Below, one piece after another: positions 16,932-25,681 of a stretch of 30,374 nt of DNA. The DNA is taken from the NCBI GenBank assembly GCA_045863235.1, contig BTUM01000089.1, forward strand, positions 1-30,374. Reading direction: 5' to 3'. A program made the translations under genes and the position numbers. A model generated the notes under the pieces. That model worked only from the letters and a program-made list of their open reading frames with translations. It did not search any database and was not told where the DNA came from. Positions within the stretch are counted from its first letter, which is position 1. Each line of letters begins with the position of its first letter. Source of the DNA: Candidatus Xenobia bacterium. Lineage in GTDB: Bacteria; Vulcanimicrobiota; Xenobia; Xenobiales; QWHO01.

Positions 16932-17533
16932 CGCCGGGCCGCCTCCAGGGCCTCGGCCAGGTTGCGCACTCCCAGACGAGCGAAGATCTCGCTGCGGTGC
17001 TTCTCCACCGTCTTGACGCTGAGGGCCAGCTGGTCGGCGATCTCTTTGGTGCGCAGCCCCCTGGCGGCCATCAGGAGGATCTCGAGCTGACGGGCCGAGA
17101 GCTCGGGCGGCTCGGCGCCGCGCAGCGACTCGGCCAGGGCCATGGCGGCGTGGGAGTCGTAGTAGTTTCCGCCCGTGCCCACCTGGCGCAGGGCCCGCAC
17201 GATCTCCTGGGCAGGCGCGGTCTTGCTCAGGTAGCCGCGCACCCCGGCCCGCACCAGCAGCTGCACTTCGCGGGCTCGCACCAGGCTCGAGACGATCACC
17301 ACCCCCTGGTCGGGACGGGCGGCCAGCAGCCGGACGGCCGTTTCCAGCCCCCCGATTCCGGGGAGGTGCAGGTCGAGCGTCACCAGGGTGGGCTCGAGCT
17401 GCCTGACCAGCTCCAGAGCCTCTTCGCCGGTGCCGGCCTGACCGACCACGCTCAGATCAGGCTCGCTGTCGAGCAACCGGGTCAAACCCTGCCGCAGCAC
17501 CTCATGATCGTCTACCAGCAGTACGCTGATCAT
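16913..17533 (-). CDS. NarL/FixJ-family response regulator (REC + LuxR HTH)
   Basis: VLLVDDHEVLRQGL, TLDLHLP, GYLSK; LSARQLEIL...GLRTKEIADQLALSVKTVEKHRSEIFARLGV. Confidence 0.95.
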   Translation of the reverse strand: MISVLLVDDHEVLRQGLTRLLDSEPDLSVVGQAGTGEEALELVRQLEPTLVTLDLHLPGIGGLETAVRLLAARPDQGVVIVSSLVRAREVQLLVRAGVRGYLSKTAPAQEIVRALRQVGTGGNYYDSHAAMALAESLRGAEPPELSARQLEILLMAARGLRTKEIADQLALSVKTVEKHRSEIFARLGVRNLAEALEAARRYQLLA

Positions 17534-17605
17534 CCCGGGGATATAGGTCAGGTGCTGGGAATTCTCCTCTGATCCAGGCGCGGGGGGATCCGAGTTTAGC
17601 TGGCG

Positions 17606-18589
17606 CTACGCCGTCGGGCACCTCTCCTTGGACAAGATGACACTGTCGTCGCCCGGCTTTCCCTTGGCGTCCTTGTCGCTGAAGAACATGATATGGGCTT
17701 GCTGCACCGACTCCATCGCCCCGCCGATGACGAAGCCGGACAGCCCGCCGTCGGAATACATGAAGCCGCGCAGGCCCTCCTTGATGAAGGCCGCGGGCAC
17801 CGCGCCCATGGCGTTGCGGTACTTCTCGTCGATGGGACCGCGGGCCAGGCCCGTGCGCATTCCGACCCACTCCATGCCCTTGCCCGAGTCCTCGGCCAGG
17901 TTGCGGAAGAACTGGGAGAACCGCGGTCCGAAGAACGGTCCCACGGCGCCCGCGAGGCCTGCGCCCAGGGCGGCCATGGGGACGGTGGTGGGAGCAAAGC
18001 CGATGGCGGCCAGACCGGCTCCCGTAGCCGCGCCCACGCCGGCGCCGATGAGAGCGCGCTGCCAGCCCTTCTCGTAGCGAGCTCCTGCGGCGGCGCCGAT
18101 GCCTCCGGCCACTTTGGCCGGGCCATCGATGAAGAAGGCGGAGATCATAGTGGCGTTGCCACCGGCGTCGCGGATCTCCGAGCGACCGTCCGAGCGGATG
18201 GTCTGGAAGCCGCCCAGCAAGCCGCCCAGCACGCCGGCATTGACCAGCGGCTGGCCGCTCATGGCGCCCACAGCGGTTCCCAGCGCGGCTCCCACGGCGG
18301 TGCCGCAGATGACGCCCAGCACCTGGCTGCCGGTCTTGTTCTGCACGAACGAGCCGGTCAGGGCCGAGCCCGCCCCGGCCACCACGCCGGCCGGACCCAT
18401 TAAATAGAAACCTTCCGTGCCTCCCTGGAAGAAGGCCTGAAAGTAGTTGGCCGACTTGAAGTTGCCGGCGGTCGACTCCCGCGCCGAGGTATAGTCGTCC
18501 ATCCAGGCGACAGCTTTCTCGACGGGATTCTTTGGAGGCTCGGGGCAGGGGGCAGTAAGCGAGGAGGTCACGGTAGGCGTGATCAGCAT
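17606..18589 (-). CDS. Glycine-zipper-rich hydrophobic hypothetical protein
   Basis: 327 aa ORF with multiple GxxxGxxxG hydrophobic helices and a Pro/Ser/Thr-rich N-terminus without a Sec signal. Confidence 0.75.
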   Translation of the reverse strand: MLITPTVTSSLTAPCPEPPKNPVEKAVAWMDDYTSARESTAGNFKSANYFQAFFQGGTEGFYLMGPAGVVAGAGSALTGSFVQNKTGSQVLGVICGTAVGAALGTAVGAMSGQPLVNAGVLGGLLGGFQTIRSDGRSEIRDAGGNATMISAFFIDGPAKVAGGIGAAAGARYEKGWQRALIGAGVGAATGAGLAAIGFAPTTVPMAALGAGLAGAVGPFFGPRFSQFFRNLAEDSGKGMEWVGMRTGLARGPIDEKYRNAMGAVPAAFIKEGLRGFMYSDGGLSGFVIGGAMESVQQAHIMFFSDKDAKGKPGDDSVILSKERCPTA

Positions 18590-18595
18590 GGCTTC

Positions 18596-18604
18596 ATTGT
18601 AACA
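18596..18604 (-). promoter_or_regulatory. Extended -10 TGTTACAAT, leaderless promoter, overlapped by the palindrome CATTGTAACAATG
   Basis: TACAAT ends 6 nt before ATG 18589 and there is no RBS. Perfect 6-1-6 inverted repeat at 18595-18607 in an AT-rich spacer. Confidence 0.6.
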
Positions 18605-18653
18605 ATGCTGATCCGTCAGAGGATAAGTAAATTGTTAATGCCTGGCCAGGCGG

Positions 18654-19226
18654 TCAAGGTTTTCTCAAGGTTGCCCTCTGAAGGCTTCCCAGGGGGAAGG
18701 CCTTGACTCCGTGGGCCGACTCGCGAACCGGTTCCTTGCCGAAGGACTGCATTTCCAGCTTGAGCTCGTCACCCTCGAGCTCATAGCGAGCGGTGATCCG
18801 GTTGCGGCCCACCTCGAACTGGCTCGTCAGCACTCCGTCCTGGTAGTAAGAGTCGATCAGAATGCCGTTCTTCTCGTCCACCAGGTAGTGGCCCCGGGAC
18901 GGATCCACCGGCACGAGCTCGTAGGGACGCTCGGGCTGCCCCTGGTAGCGCAACGACCAGCTGTACTTGCCCTGCTCGCGGGGTTGGATGTCGAGCTCCA
19001 CGCCCACCTTGTCGGTGCCTGGAACGCCGGTGACGCTCATCTCTCCCACCCAGCGCCCGACCCAACCTTGCGGGAAGGGGCTGGCTACCGCTTTGAGGAG
19101 CTGAGCCCGCGTGGGGGGAACGAACTCCGGCGCCGAAGAGGGGACGAACCGGTCGGGGGAACGCTCGGGGGACGCCTGAAGGGGCAGGCGCGCGAGCGAG
19201 GGAGCCGAACTGACCAGGCCGATCAT
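18654..19226 (-). CDS. Hypothetical protein: low-complexity N-terminal extension plus beta-barrel-like domain
   Basis: FPQGWVGRWVGEM...Y.W.L.Y....R.YEL...D...G.Y.VDE.NGI.ID.Y is an alternating beta-strand pattern. Start probably ATG 19226 (or GTG 19229). Confidence 0.7.
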   Translation of the reverse strand: MIGLVSSAPSLARLPLQASPERSPDRFVPSSAPEFVPPTRAQLLKAVASPFPQGWVGRWVGEMSVTGVPGTDKVGVELDIQPREQGKYSWSLRYQGQPERPYELVPVDPSRGHYLVDEKNGILIDSYYQDGVLTSQFEVGRNRITARYELEGDELKLEMQSFGKEPVRESAHGVKAFPLGSLQRATLRKP

Positions 19227-19269
19227 CACGGATCGATTCTGGAGGAAGGGCCTCAAAGCGACCTGAAAG

Positions 19270-19524
19270 ATGACCTTAGGTGAACGGATTCGGCAAGCCC
19301 GCGAGGAGCACGGCTATCGACACCAGGACCTGGCGGTGGCGCTCTTGACCACGCCGGCCACGGTGGCTCGCATGGAGCAAGACCAGGAGGCCGAGATCCC
19401 GGTGGTGGCCATCGAGGTGCTGGCCCACCTGACGGGCTACGGCAGCTCGGGCGACTTTCTGGCCAAGTGCGAGAACTATGCCGTCGATCTCGAGCGCAAC
19501 ATGCTGCTGGTGGGCGAGCCTTGA
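19270..19524 (+). CDS. XRE-family helix-turn-helix protein
   Basis: MTLGERIRQAREEHGYRHQDLAVALLTTPATVARME matches the HTH_3 pattern. Confidence 0.8.
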   Translation: MTLGERIRQAREEHGYRHQDLAVALLTTPATVARMEQDQEAEIPVVAIEVLAHLTGYGSSGDFLAKCENYAVDLERNMLLVGEP

Positions 19525-20270
19525 AGAACCTGGAGCTGGGCGAGATCCGCGAGATCTTCCTGTCGCACCGCAAGTGGCTCGAGAGCGAGGGGGCCGAGGG
19601 GCGCAAGGCCGAGCTGGAGCCCTTCCATCTGTATGGCCCTCCCTTGCGCGGTTTCGATTTCAGCCAGGCTCGCATGGCCGGATGCCAGATGCCTCTGGCC
19701 GACCTGCGCTACGCCCTGATGGTGGGCACCGACCTGGAGAGGGCCGTGCTGCCGGGCCTGGAGGGCTACCAGATCGGGCTGACCTCGGCCAACCTGCGGG
19801 GGGCCAACCTGCGGGGCGCCTTTCTACTGGAGGGGATCGGTCTGGGGACGAACTTCGAGCGGGCCGACCTGCGCGAGGCCACCCTGACCCGGGCCGACCT
19901 GCGGCGGGCCAACTTCAGCCGGGCCGACCTGCGCGAAGCCAACCTGACCGAGGCCCAGTGCCAGGACGCGCGCTTTGACCGGGCCGACATGACCGAGGCC
20001 AACCTGCTCGAGTGCGACCTGCGCGGGGCCAGCCTGGAGGGGGCGATCCTGGCCCGGGCCCAGCTGGCGCGAACCAATCTTTCGGGGGCCAACCTGCGCG
20101 GGGCTGACCTGCGCCAGGCCCAGATCGGCAACGCCCAGCTGGTGGGGGCCGACCTGCGAGGGGCTCGGCTGGAGGGGGCGATCTACGAGCGCAAAGCGTT
20201 ACTGGCGGCGCAGCTCGATGAGCCGCTCCGCAAAAGTCTGGAGGGGCGGCCTCAGCGGTCGGAGTTTTGA
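19521..20270 (+). CDS. Pentapeptide repeat protein
   Basis: Many A(N/D)LxX repeats (ANLRG ANLRG, ADLRE ATLTR ADLRR ANFSR); N-terminal H.KWL.S.G..G..A.L. TTG 19521 overlaps the XRE stop codon (TTGA). Confidence 0.92.
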   Translation: MKNLELGEIREIFLSHRKWLESEGAEGRKAELEPFHLYGPPLRGFDFSQARMAGCQMPLADLRYALMVGTDLERAVLPGLEGYQIGLTSANLRGANLRGAFLLEGIGLGTNFERADLREATLTRADLRRANFSRADLREANLTEAQCQDARFDRADMTEANLLECDLRGASLEGAILARAQLARTNLSGANLRGADLRQAQIGNAQLVGADLRGARLEGAIYERKALLAAQLDEPLRKSLEGRPQRSEF

Positions 20271-20406
20271 GCCAGCAGCTCGGGCGTCCGCTCCCACCCG
20301 GGGCACCAGCATCCGTTTGTCCCCGGCGGGAACGAACCCGCGTTCGGGCTCGGGTTGGTGCGAACGGCCAGGGAACGGCCGCCCCGCGGGGAAGAATTCA
20401 GCACCG

Positions 20407-21408
20407 GTGAACACCAAGACCCTGCTCCAGCCGATCATGATCGGCGACGTTAAGATCGATCCCCCGCTCTTTCTGGCCCCTATGGCCGGGCAGACCAACC
20501 ATCCCTTTCGGCGCCTGGTGCGCGAGCTGGGCGGGGTGGGGCTGGTGTGCACCGAGCTGATCTCCAGCATGGCGATCCACTACAAGAGCAAGCGCACCTT
20601 CACCATGTTCGACTGGCACGACAACGAGCGTCCGGTTGCCGTGCAGCTCTTTGGGGGCGACCCGGCGGTGATGGCCGAGGCGGCCCGCATCGTGGAAGAG
20701 CGGGGCGCTGACATCGTGGACATCAACATGGGCTGCTGGGTTCCCAAGGTGGCCAAAGGGGGGGCGGGAGCCATCTTGCTCCGGGACGTATGCACCGCGG
20801 CCAGCGTGGTGGAGGCGGTGGTGAAGGCGGTCAAGATCCCCGTCACGGTCAAGATCCGCACCGGTTGGACCCCGGAGGAGATCACCGCCGTGCCCTTCGC
20901 GCGCGCCGCCGCCGGGTGCGGGGTGAAGGCCATCGCGGTGCACGGACGCACCGCCAGCCAGGGCTTTTCGGGCCTGCCTGACTGGTCCATCATCGGCCAG
21001 GTCAAGGAGGCGGTGGGCGACCTGCCGGTCATCGGAAACGGCGACGTGACCAGCGCCGCCCTCACCGTGCAGATGCTGGAGGAGACGGGTTGCGACGGGG
21101 TGATGATCGGGCGAGCGGCGCTGGGAAATCCGTGGATCTTCCGCGACATCATGCTCGAGCTGACCACCGGCCAGGCTCCCCCGCCCCCCTCCCCCGGCGA
21201 GCGAGCCCGGGCCGCCCTGCGCCACGCCCGGCTGGCCTTGGAGACGCTCGATCTGCCGCCGGGGCAGATCGTACGCGAGCTGCGCGGGCAGTTGACCAAG
21301 TATCACCTGGGCACGCGGGGAGCGGCCAAGATTCGCGAGGGGATGTTTCGCGCCAACACGCTGGCGGATATCGAGGCGTTGCTGGCGCCGATCGCCTCGC
21401 AACCGTGA
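20407..21408 (+). CDS. dusB: tRNA-dihydrouridine synthase B
   Basis: LAPMAG.T...FR, VQLFG, DINMGC, PVTVKIRTGW, VHGRT, GNGD, GVMIGRAALGNPW. Start GTG 20407 or ATG 20437. Confidence 0.88.
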   Translation: MNTKTLLQPIMIGDVKIDPPLFLAPMAGQTNHPFRRLVRELGGVGLVCTELISSMAIHYKSKRTFTMFDWHDNERPVAVQLFGGDPAVMAEAARIVEERGADIVDINMGCWVPKVAKGGAGAILLRDVCTAASVVEAVVKAVKIPVTVKIRTGWTPEEITAVPFARAAAGCGVKAIAVHGRTASQGFSGLPDWSIIGQVKEAVGDLPVIGNGDVTSAALTVQMLEETGCDGVMIGRAALGNPWIFRDIMLELTTGQAPPPPSPGERARAALRHARLALETLDLPPGQIVRELRGQLTKYHLGTRGAAKIREGMFRANTLADIEALLAPIASQP

Positions 21409-21444
21409 TCAGCGAATTCTCGGATTGATCCGACGGGCGGTCGC

Positions 21445-21453
21445 TGCTATAGT
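21445..21453 (+). promoter_or_regulatory. Putative extended -10 TGCTATAGT for the MBL-ccsBA operon
   Basis: TGn-TATAGT lies 12 nt upstream of ATG 21466, in the short intergenic gap. Confidence 0.5.
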
Positions 21454-21465
21454 GTCCGTGATCCG

Positions 21466-22305
21466 ATGGATGTTGGCAGCTACCAGGTCGAATTCCTTTC
21501 CGATGGAGACTTTGCGCTCGATGGCGGGGCCATGTTCGGCGTGGTTCCTTATCCTTTGTGGAGCAAGAGCCATCCGCCCGATGAACGATTCCGCATTGCC
21601 GTCACGGCGCGCTGTCTTTTGCTGCGCGGACACGGGCGCACCATCGTGGTGGACAGTGGGAACGGCGACAAGCTGAGCGCCAAGCAGCAGGAGATCTACA
21701 AGATCGAGCCCAAGAGCGGGCGGCTGCTGGCTTCGCTGGCCCGCTTCGGCCTCACGGGTGAGGACGTGACCGATGTGCTGCTCACCCACCTCCACTTTGA
21801 CCACGCTGGCGGCCTGACGAGGCCGGGCGATCTCCAGCTGACCTTTCCAAGAGCCCGCCACTACGTGCAGAAGGAGCACTATGCCTGGGCCTGTCACCCC
21901 TCCTTGAAGGACCGGGCCAGCTTCATGCCCGAGAACTATGAGCCGGTGCGCGAGGCGGGGCTGCTCGAATTGCTCGACGGGCCCGAGAAGCTCTTTGCGG
22001 ATCTCGAGCTGGTGCTCTTCCACGGCCATACCCGAGCCCTGCAGGCTGTACTGGTGCACGGCGATCCGCCCCTGTTCTACCCCAGCGACCTGATGCCCAC
22101 CTCGGGACACGTGCGGCTCGCCTTCAACATGGGCTACGACAACTTTCCCCTGACCACCATCGAGGAGAAGCAGACCTGGCTGCCCCGGGCCGCTCGCGAG
22201 AGGTGGCGGGTGGTCTTCGAGCACGACGCTCATGTCGAGTGGGCCCACCTCGAGGAGAAGAACGGCGACTTCGCGCTGGCCGCCCCCGTGGAGGTAACCC
22301 GGTGA
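21466..22305 (+). CDS. MBL-fold metallo-hydrolase (YtnP-like)
   Basis: LDGGAMFGVVP, THLHFDHAGG, GHT, SDLMP, MGYD..P..T..EK, FEHD. Confidence 0.92.
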   Translation: MDVGSYQVEFLSDGDFALDGGAMFGVVPYPLWSKSHPPDERFRIAVTARCLLLRGHGRTIVVDSGNGDKLSAKQQEIYKIEPKSGRLLASLARFGLTGEDVTDVLLTHLHFDHAGGLTRPGDLQLTFPRARHYVQKEHYAWACHPSLKDRASFMPENYEPVREAGLLELLDGPEKLFADLELVLFHGHTRALQAVLVHGDPPLFYPSDLMPTSGHVRLAFNMGYDNFPLTTIEEKQTWLPRAARERWRVVFEHDAHVEWAHLEEKNGDFALAAPVEVTR

Positions 22306-24062
22306 TCCGCAAGGTCTATCGCTTTCTGGCTTCGATCAAGCTGGCCGTGGTGCTGCTTTTGGCCCTGGCCGTCATCCTGGGCACGGCCACCTTCTACGAG
22401 TCGCTCTACGACACCAAGACAGCTCAGTATCTGGTCTATGGCAGCCCCTGGTTCGCGCTGTTCCTGGCCACGCTCTTCATCAACGTGCTGTGCGCCACCA
22501 CCATCCGCTATCCGTGGAAGGGCTACCAGACGGGGTTCGTGATCACCCATGTGGGCATTTTGACCATTCTGGTGGGATCCATGGTCACCATGGTCTACGG
22601 AATCGACGGCCAGATGGCCATCGAGGAAGGCGCCTCCTCTGAGCGGGTGACCCTGGATGCCCCGGTGCTGCTGTTCGGAACCGAGTCGAGCTCGCTCAAG
22701 GAGATTCCGGCCGAGTTTCGTTGGAGCCCGCCCCGGGAGGACCGCCCCTATCGCTACGAGCTGGGCAACGGCATCACGGCCGTAGTGGACGGCTACTACC
22801 ATCACAGCCTGGCTGAGCCGGTCTACCGGGCCGCCCCCGGGGGCGAGCCGGCGGTCAAGATCGAGTTCACCAGCTCGCGTTTCGGCGCGCTGGATAACTG
22901 GCTGACCCCCTCGATGGGAGTGGTGACGCTGGGACCGGCCTCGGCCCGTTTGCAGACCCTGGCCGAGGGGGAGCCGCCCCCTGCCGCCACCCCCGACCAG
23001 GGCGAGTTCGGCGACCTGCAAATCCTGGTCGACGAGCAGCCCTTCCTGCTGCCGGTCAAGCCGCTCTTGAAGAGCTCGCGCCGTCTCCAGGGCACGCCCT
23101 ACTCCGTGCGGGTCATCCGCTACCTGCCGATGGCCGTGGTGCGGGACAACAAGCTGGTCAACGGCGGCGAGCAGCCGCGCAACCCCTGCGTCGAGCTGGA
23201 GATCAGCAATGCCAAAGGGGAGAAAGAACGGTTCTACCTCTTCTCCAACCTGCCCAACCTGAACACCAAGTTCCAGCAGACCGGCCCCGACTTCCGGGTG
23301 CGAGCGCTTTACAACTTCAGCCCCGAGCACGAGATGGCCGAGGACGGCCACGCCCACCAGCAAAAGGCTCCCAAGCGCCACCTCGACCTCTACCTCACGC
23401 CCGCGGGCAAGCTTTTCTACCAGCTCGAGAACGGCAAACGGGGCGAGTTCGTGCCCGGGCAGCCGGTCAGCCCGGGCTGGATGGACATCAAGCTTACCCT
23501 GCGCGAGGTGCTGCCTTCCTCGAGCAAGGAGACGGTCTACCGCGAGTTCAAGCTGCCCAAGGACCAGAAGGACGGGCCTCCCCCGGCCATCCGGGTGAAG
23601 CTCGAGGGCTCGCAGAAAACCGACCCGTTCTGGCTGCAGTACGGCGAAGTGCGCGAGATCAAAGATGCGAGCGGAAAGCCGGCCTGGTTCGGTTATGCCT
23701 TCAAGACGGTGCCGGTGGGCGTAAAGCTCGAGCTGCTCGATTTCGAGATCGGTTACGATCCCGGCACCACCAATCCGGCCAGCTATAAAAGCAAAGTGCG
23801 GGTGGACGGCAAAGAGCACACCATCCAGATGAACGAGCCCCTGCACCGCAACAACTTTACCTTCTTCCAATCCTCTTATCAGGAGAACCCCGGTGGTCCC
23901 TGGATCTCGGTTTTCTCGGTGGCCTACGATCCGGGCATCTTCCTCAAATACCTCGGCTCGATCATGTTGGTAGGGGGCATCTTTACGATGTTCTACCTCA
24001 AGCCCTACATGCAGGGAAAACGCAAGTACCAGGCCCGCCAGGCGGCAAAGGAGTCCTCGTGA
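22302..24062 (+). CDS. ccsB: Cytochrome c biogenesis protein ResB/CcsB
   Basis: FLASIKLAVVLL...GTATFYES...VYGSPWF...GFVITHVGIL (conserved TM His), SYKSKV, IQMNEPL...FFQSSY, SVAYDPG. GTG 22302 overlaps the upstream stop (GTGA). Confidence 0.85.
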   Translation: MIRKVYRFLASIKLAVVLLLALAVILGTATFYESLYDTKTAQYLVYGSPWFALFLATLFINVLCATTIRYPWKGYQTGFVITHVGILTILVGSMVTMVYGIDGQMAIEEGASSERVTLDAPVLLFGTESSSLKEIPAEFRWSPPREDRPYRYELGNGITAVVDGYYHHSLAEPVYRAAPGGEPAVKIEFTSSRFGALDNWLTPSMGVVTLGPASARLQTLAEGEPPPAATPDQGEFGDLQILVDEQPFLLPVKPLLKSSRRLQGTPYSVRVIRYLPMAVVRDNKLVNGGEQPRNPCVELEISNAKGEKERFYLFSNLPNLNTKFQQTGPDFRVRALYNFSPEHEMAEDGHAHQQKAPKRHLDLYLTPAGKLFYQLENGKRGEFVPGQPVSPGWMDIKLTLREVLPSSSKETVYREFKLPKDQKDGPPPAIRVKLEGSQKTDPFWLQYGEVREIKDASGKPAWFGYAFKTVPVGVKLELLDFEIGYDPGTTNPASYKSKVRVDGKEHTIQMNEPLHRNNFTFFQSSYQENPGGPWISVFSVAYDPGIFLKYLGSIMLVGGIFTMFYLKPYMQGKRKYQARQAAKESS

Positions 24063-25681
24063 ACAGATTGCTCATCCTCATCGTGCTGCTGCTGGTGGCC
24101 ATCCCCGCCCGGGCGGACGACTTCTCCGAGCTGCGTCGCCTGCCGGTGCAAGATGGCGGGCGCCTCAAGCCGCTGGACACCCTGGCGGCCGAAAGCGTGC
24201 GCTTCATCACCGGCAAGGCTCGCTTCCAGAACGAAGACCCGATGTGGACCTCCCTGCGCTGGATGGCCAAGCCCGAGGCCGCCCTGGACGAGCAGTGCAT
24301 CGAGTTTCGCAACCTGGAGCTGAAGAAGAAGCTGGGCCTGGATCCGGAGCGGCGCTGGTATTCCTTCAAGGAGCTCTCTGAGAACGCCGAGGTTCGCTCG
24401 CGCCAGACCGCGGTGCACAACAAGATGCGCAGCAAGGAAGAGCTCACTCCCGAGGACAAGGAATTCAACCAGCTGCTGGCCCGCATGCAGACCCTGCTGG
24501 CCATCCTGGATGGCACCCTGTGGAAAGTCGTGCCCAACTCGGTGGACCTGACCGGCCAGTGGACCAGCCTGGCCGAGCTGCGCGACATGGACGGGCCGGC
24601 CCGCGAGGCGATGGGCAAGCTCTTGGAAGCGGCCGCCACCGGCGACCCCTCCAAGGCCGCCCAGGCCAGCCCCCCGGTGTGCCAGGCGCTGGCCACCATG
24701 GGCCCCCTCCCCGCTCCCGGTACCATGGAGCGGGAAGTCCACTACAACAATTTTCACGCCTTCCGCAAGGCATGGGCGCTGTACGTTCTGGGCTTCTTTC
24801 TGATCCTGTTCGCCCCCTCGGCCCAGTCCAAGCTCTACTGGCTCGGCATGGCCTCGGCCGGAGCCGGCTTTGCCCTGCACTGCTACGGGTTCTTGCTGCG
24901 CTGCCTGATCGCCGGCCGCCCGCCGGTGACCAACATGTACGAGTCGGTGATCTGGGTGGCCTTCGGAGCCGTGCTCTTCGCCTTGATCTTCGAGACCATC
25001 TATCGCAACCGGTTCTACCTGCTGGCCGCCCTGGCGGGCGCGAGCGTGGCCCTGATCCTGGCTGACAACCTGCCGGCCGTGCTCGACCCCACCATCAAGC
25101 CCCTCACTCCGGTGCTGCGCAACAATTTCTGGCTGACCGTGCACGTGCTGACCATCACCCTCAGCTACGCCGCCTTCCTGCTGGCGTTGGGGCTGGGCCA
25201 CATGGTGGTGTGGTGCTACGCCTTCGCCCAGGATCGCAAGGAGCGCCTGAAAGCTCTCAACCTTGCCCTCTACAAGGCCATCCAGGTGGGCGTGCTGCTG
25301 CTGGCCGCGGGCACCATCCTGGGCGGCGTGTGGGCCAACTACTCCTGGGGCCGCTTCTGGGGCTGGGATCCCAAGGAGGTGTGGGCCCTGATCGCGCTGC
25401 TGGGCTACCTGGCCCTGCTGCACGGGCGCTACGCCGGCTGGCTGCGCCACTACGGACTGGCGGCCGGCTCCATCGTGGCATTCCAGGGCGTGCTGATGGC
25501 CTGGTACGGAGTCAACTTCGTGCTCGGAGCCGGGCTGCACAGCTACGGATTCGGCAACGGCGGGGTGGAGTACGTGGGCGCCTTCTGCCTGGCCGAGCTC
25601 TTCTTCGTGGCCGTCATGACCTGGCGTTACAAGATGGCCACGCGCGCCAGCCGGGTCGATCCCCCCGACCCCGCTCTGTGA
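24059..25681 (+). CDS. ccsA: Cytochrome c biogenesis protein CcsA/ResC with N-terminal periplasmic domain
   Basis: GRPPVTNMYES, PVLRNNFWLTVHV, WWD motif GGVWANYSWGRFWGWDPKE, LHGR, GVNFVLGAGLHSYG. Confidence 0.95.
   Translation: MNRLLILIVLLLVAIPARADDFSELRRLPVQDGGRLKPLDTLAAESVRFITGKARFQNEDPMWTSLRWMAKPEAALDEQCIEFRNLELKKKLGLDPERRWYSFKELSENAEVRSRQTAVHNKMRSKEELTPEDKEFNQLLARMQTLLAILDGTLWKVVPNSVDLTGQWTSLAELRDMDGPAREAMGKLLEAAATGDPSKAAQASPPVCQALATMGPLPAPGTMEREVHYNNFHAFRKAWALYVLGFFLILFAPSAQSKLYWLGMASAGAGFALHCYGFLLRCLIAGRPPVTNMYESVIWVAFGAVLFALIFETIYRNRFYLLAALAGASVALILADNLPAVLDPTIKPLTPVLRNNFWLTVHVLTITLSYAAFLLALGLGHMVVWCYAFAQDRKERLKALNLALYKAIQVGVLLLAAGTILGGVWANYSWGRFWGWDPKEVWALIALLGYLALLHGRYAGWLRHYGLAAGSIVAFQGVLMAWYGVNFVLGAGLHSYGFGNGGVEYVGAFCLAELFFVAVMTWRYKMATRASRVDPPDPAL

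Noticed and set aside
19780..20180. 15/30-bp DNA repeats (GGGCCGACCTGCG) as a separate element
   Set aside because: Fully explained by pentapeptide-repeat coding.
20719..20750. DusB NMGCW instead of NMGCP as a sign of inactivation
   Set aside because: The catalytic Cys and all other motifs are intact; probably a lineage variant.
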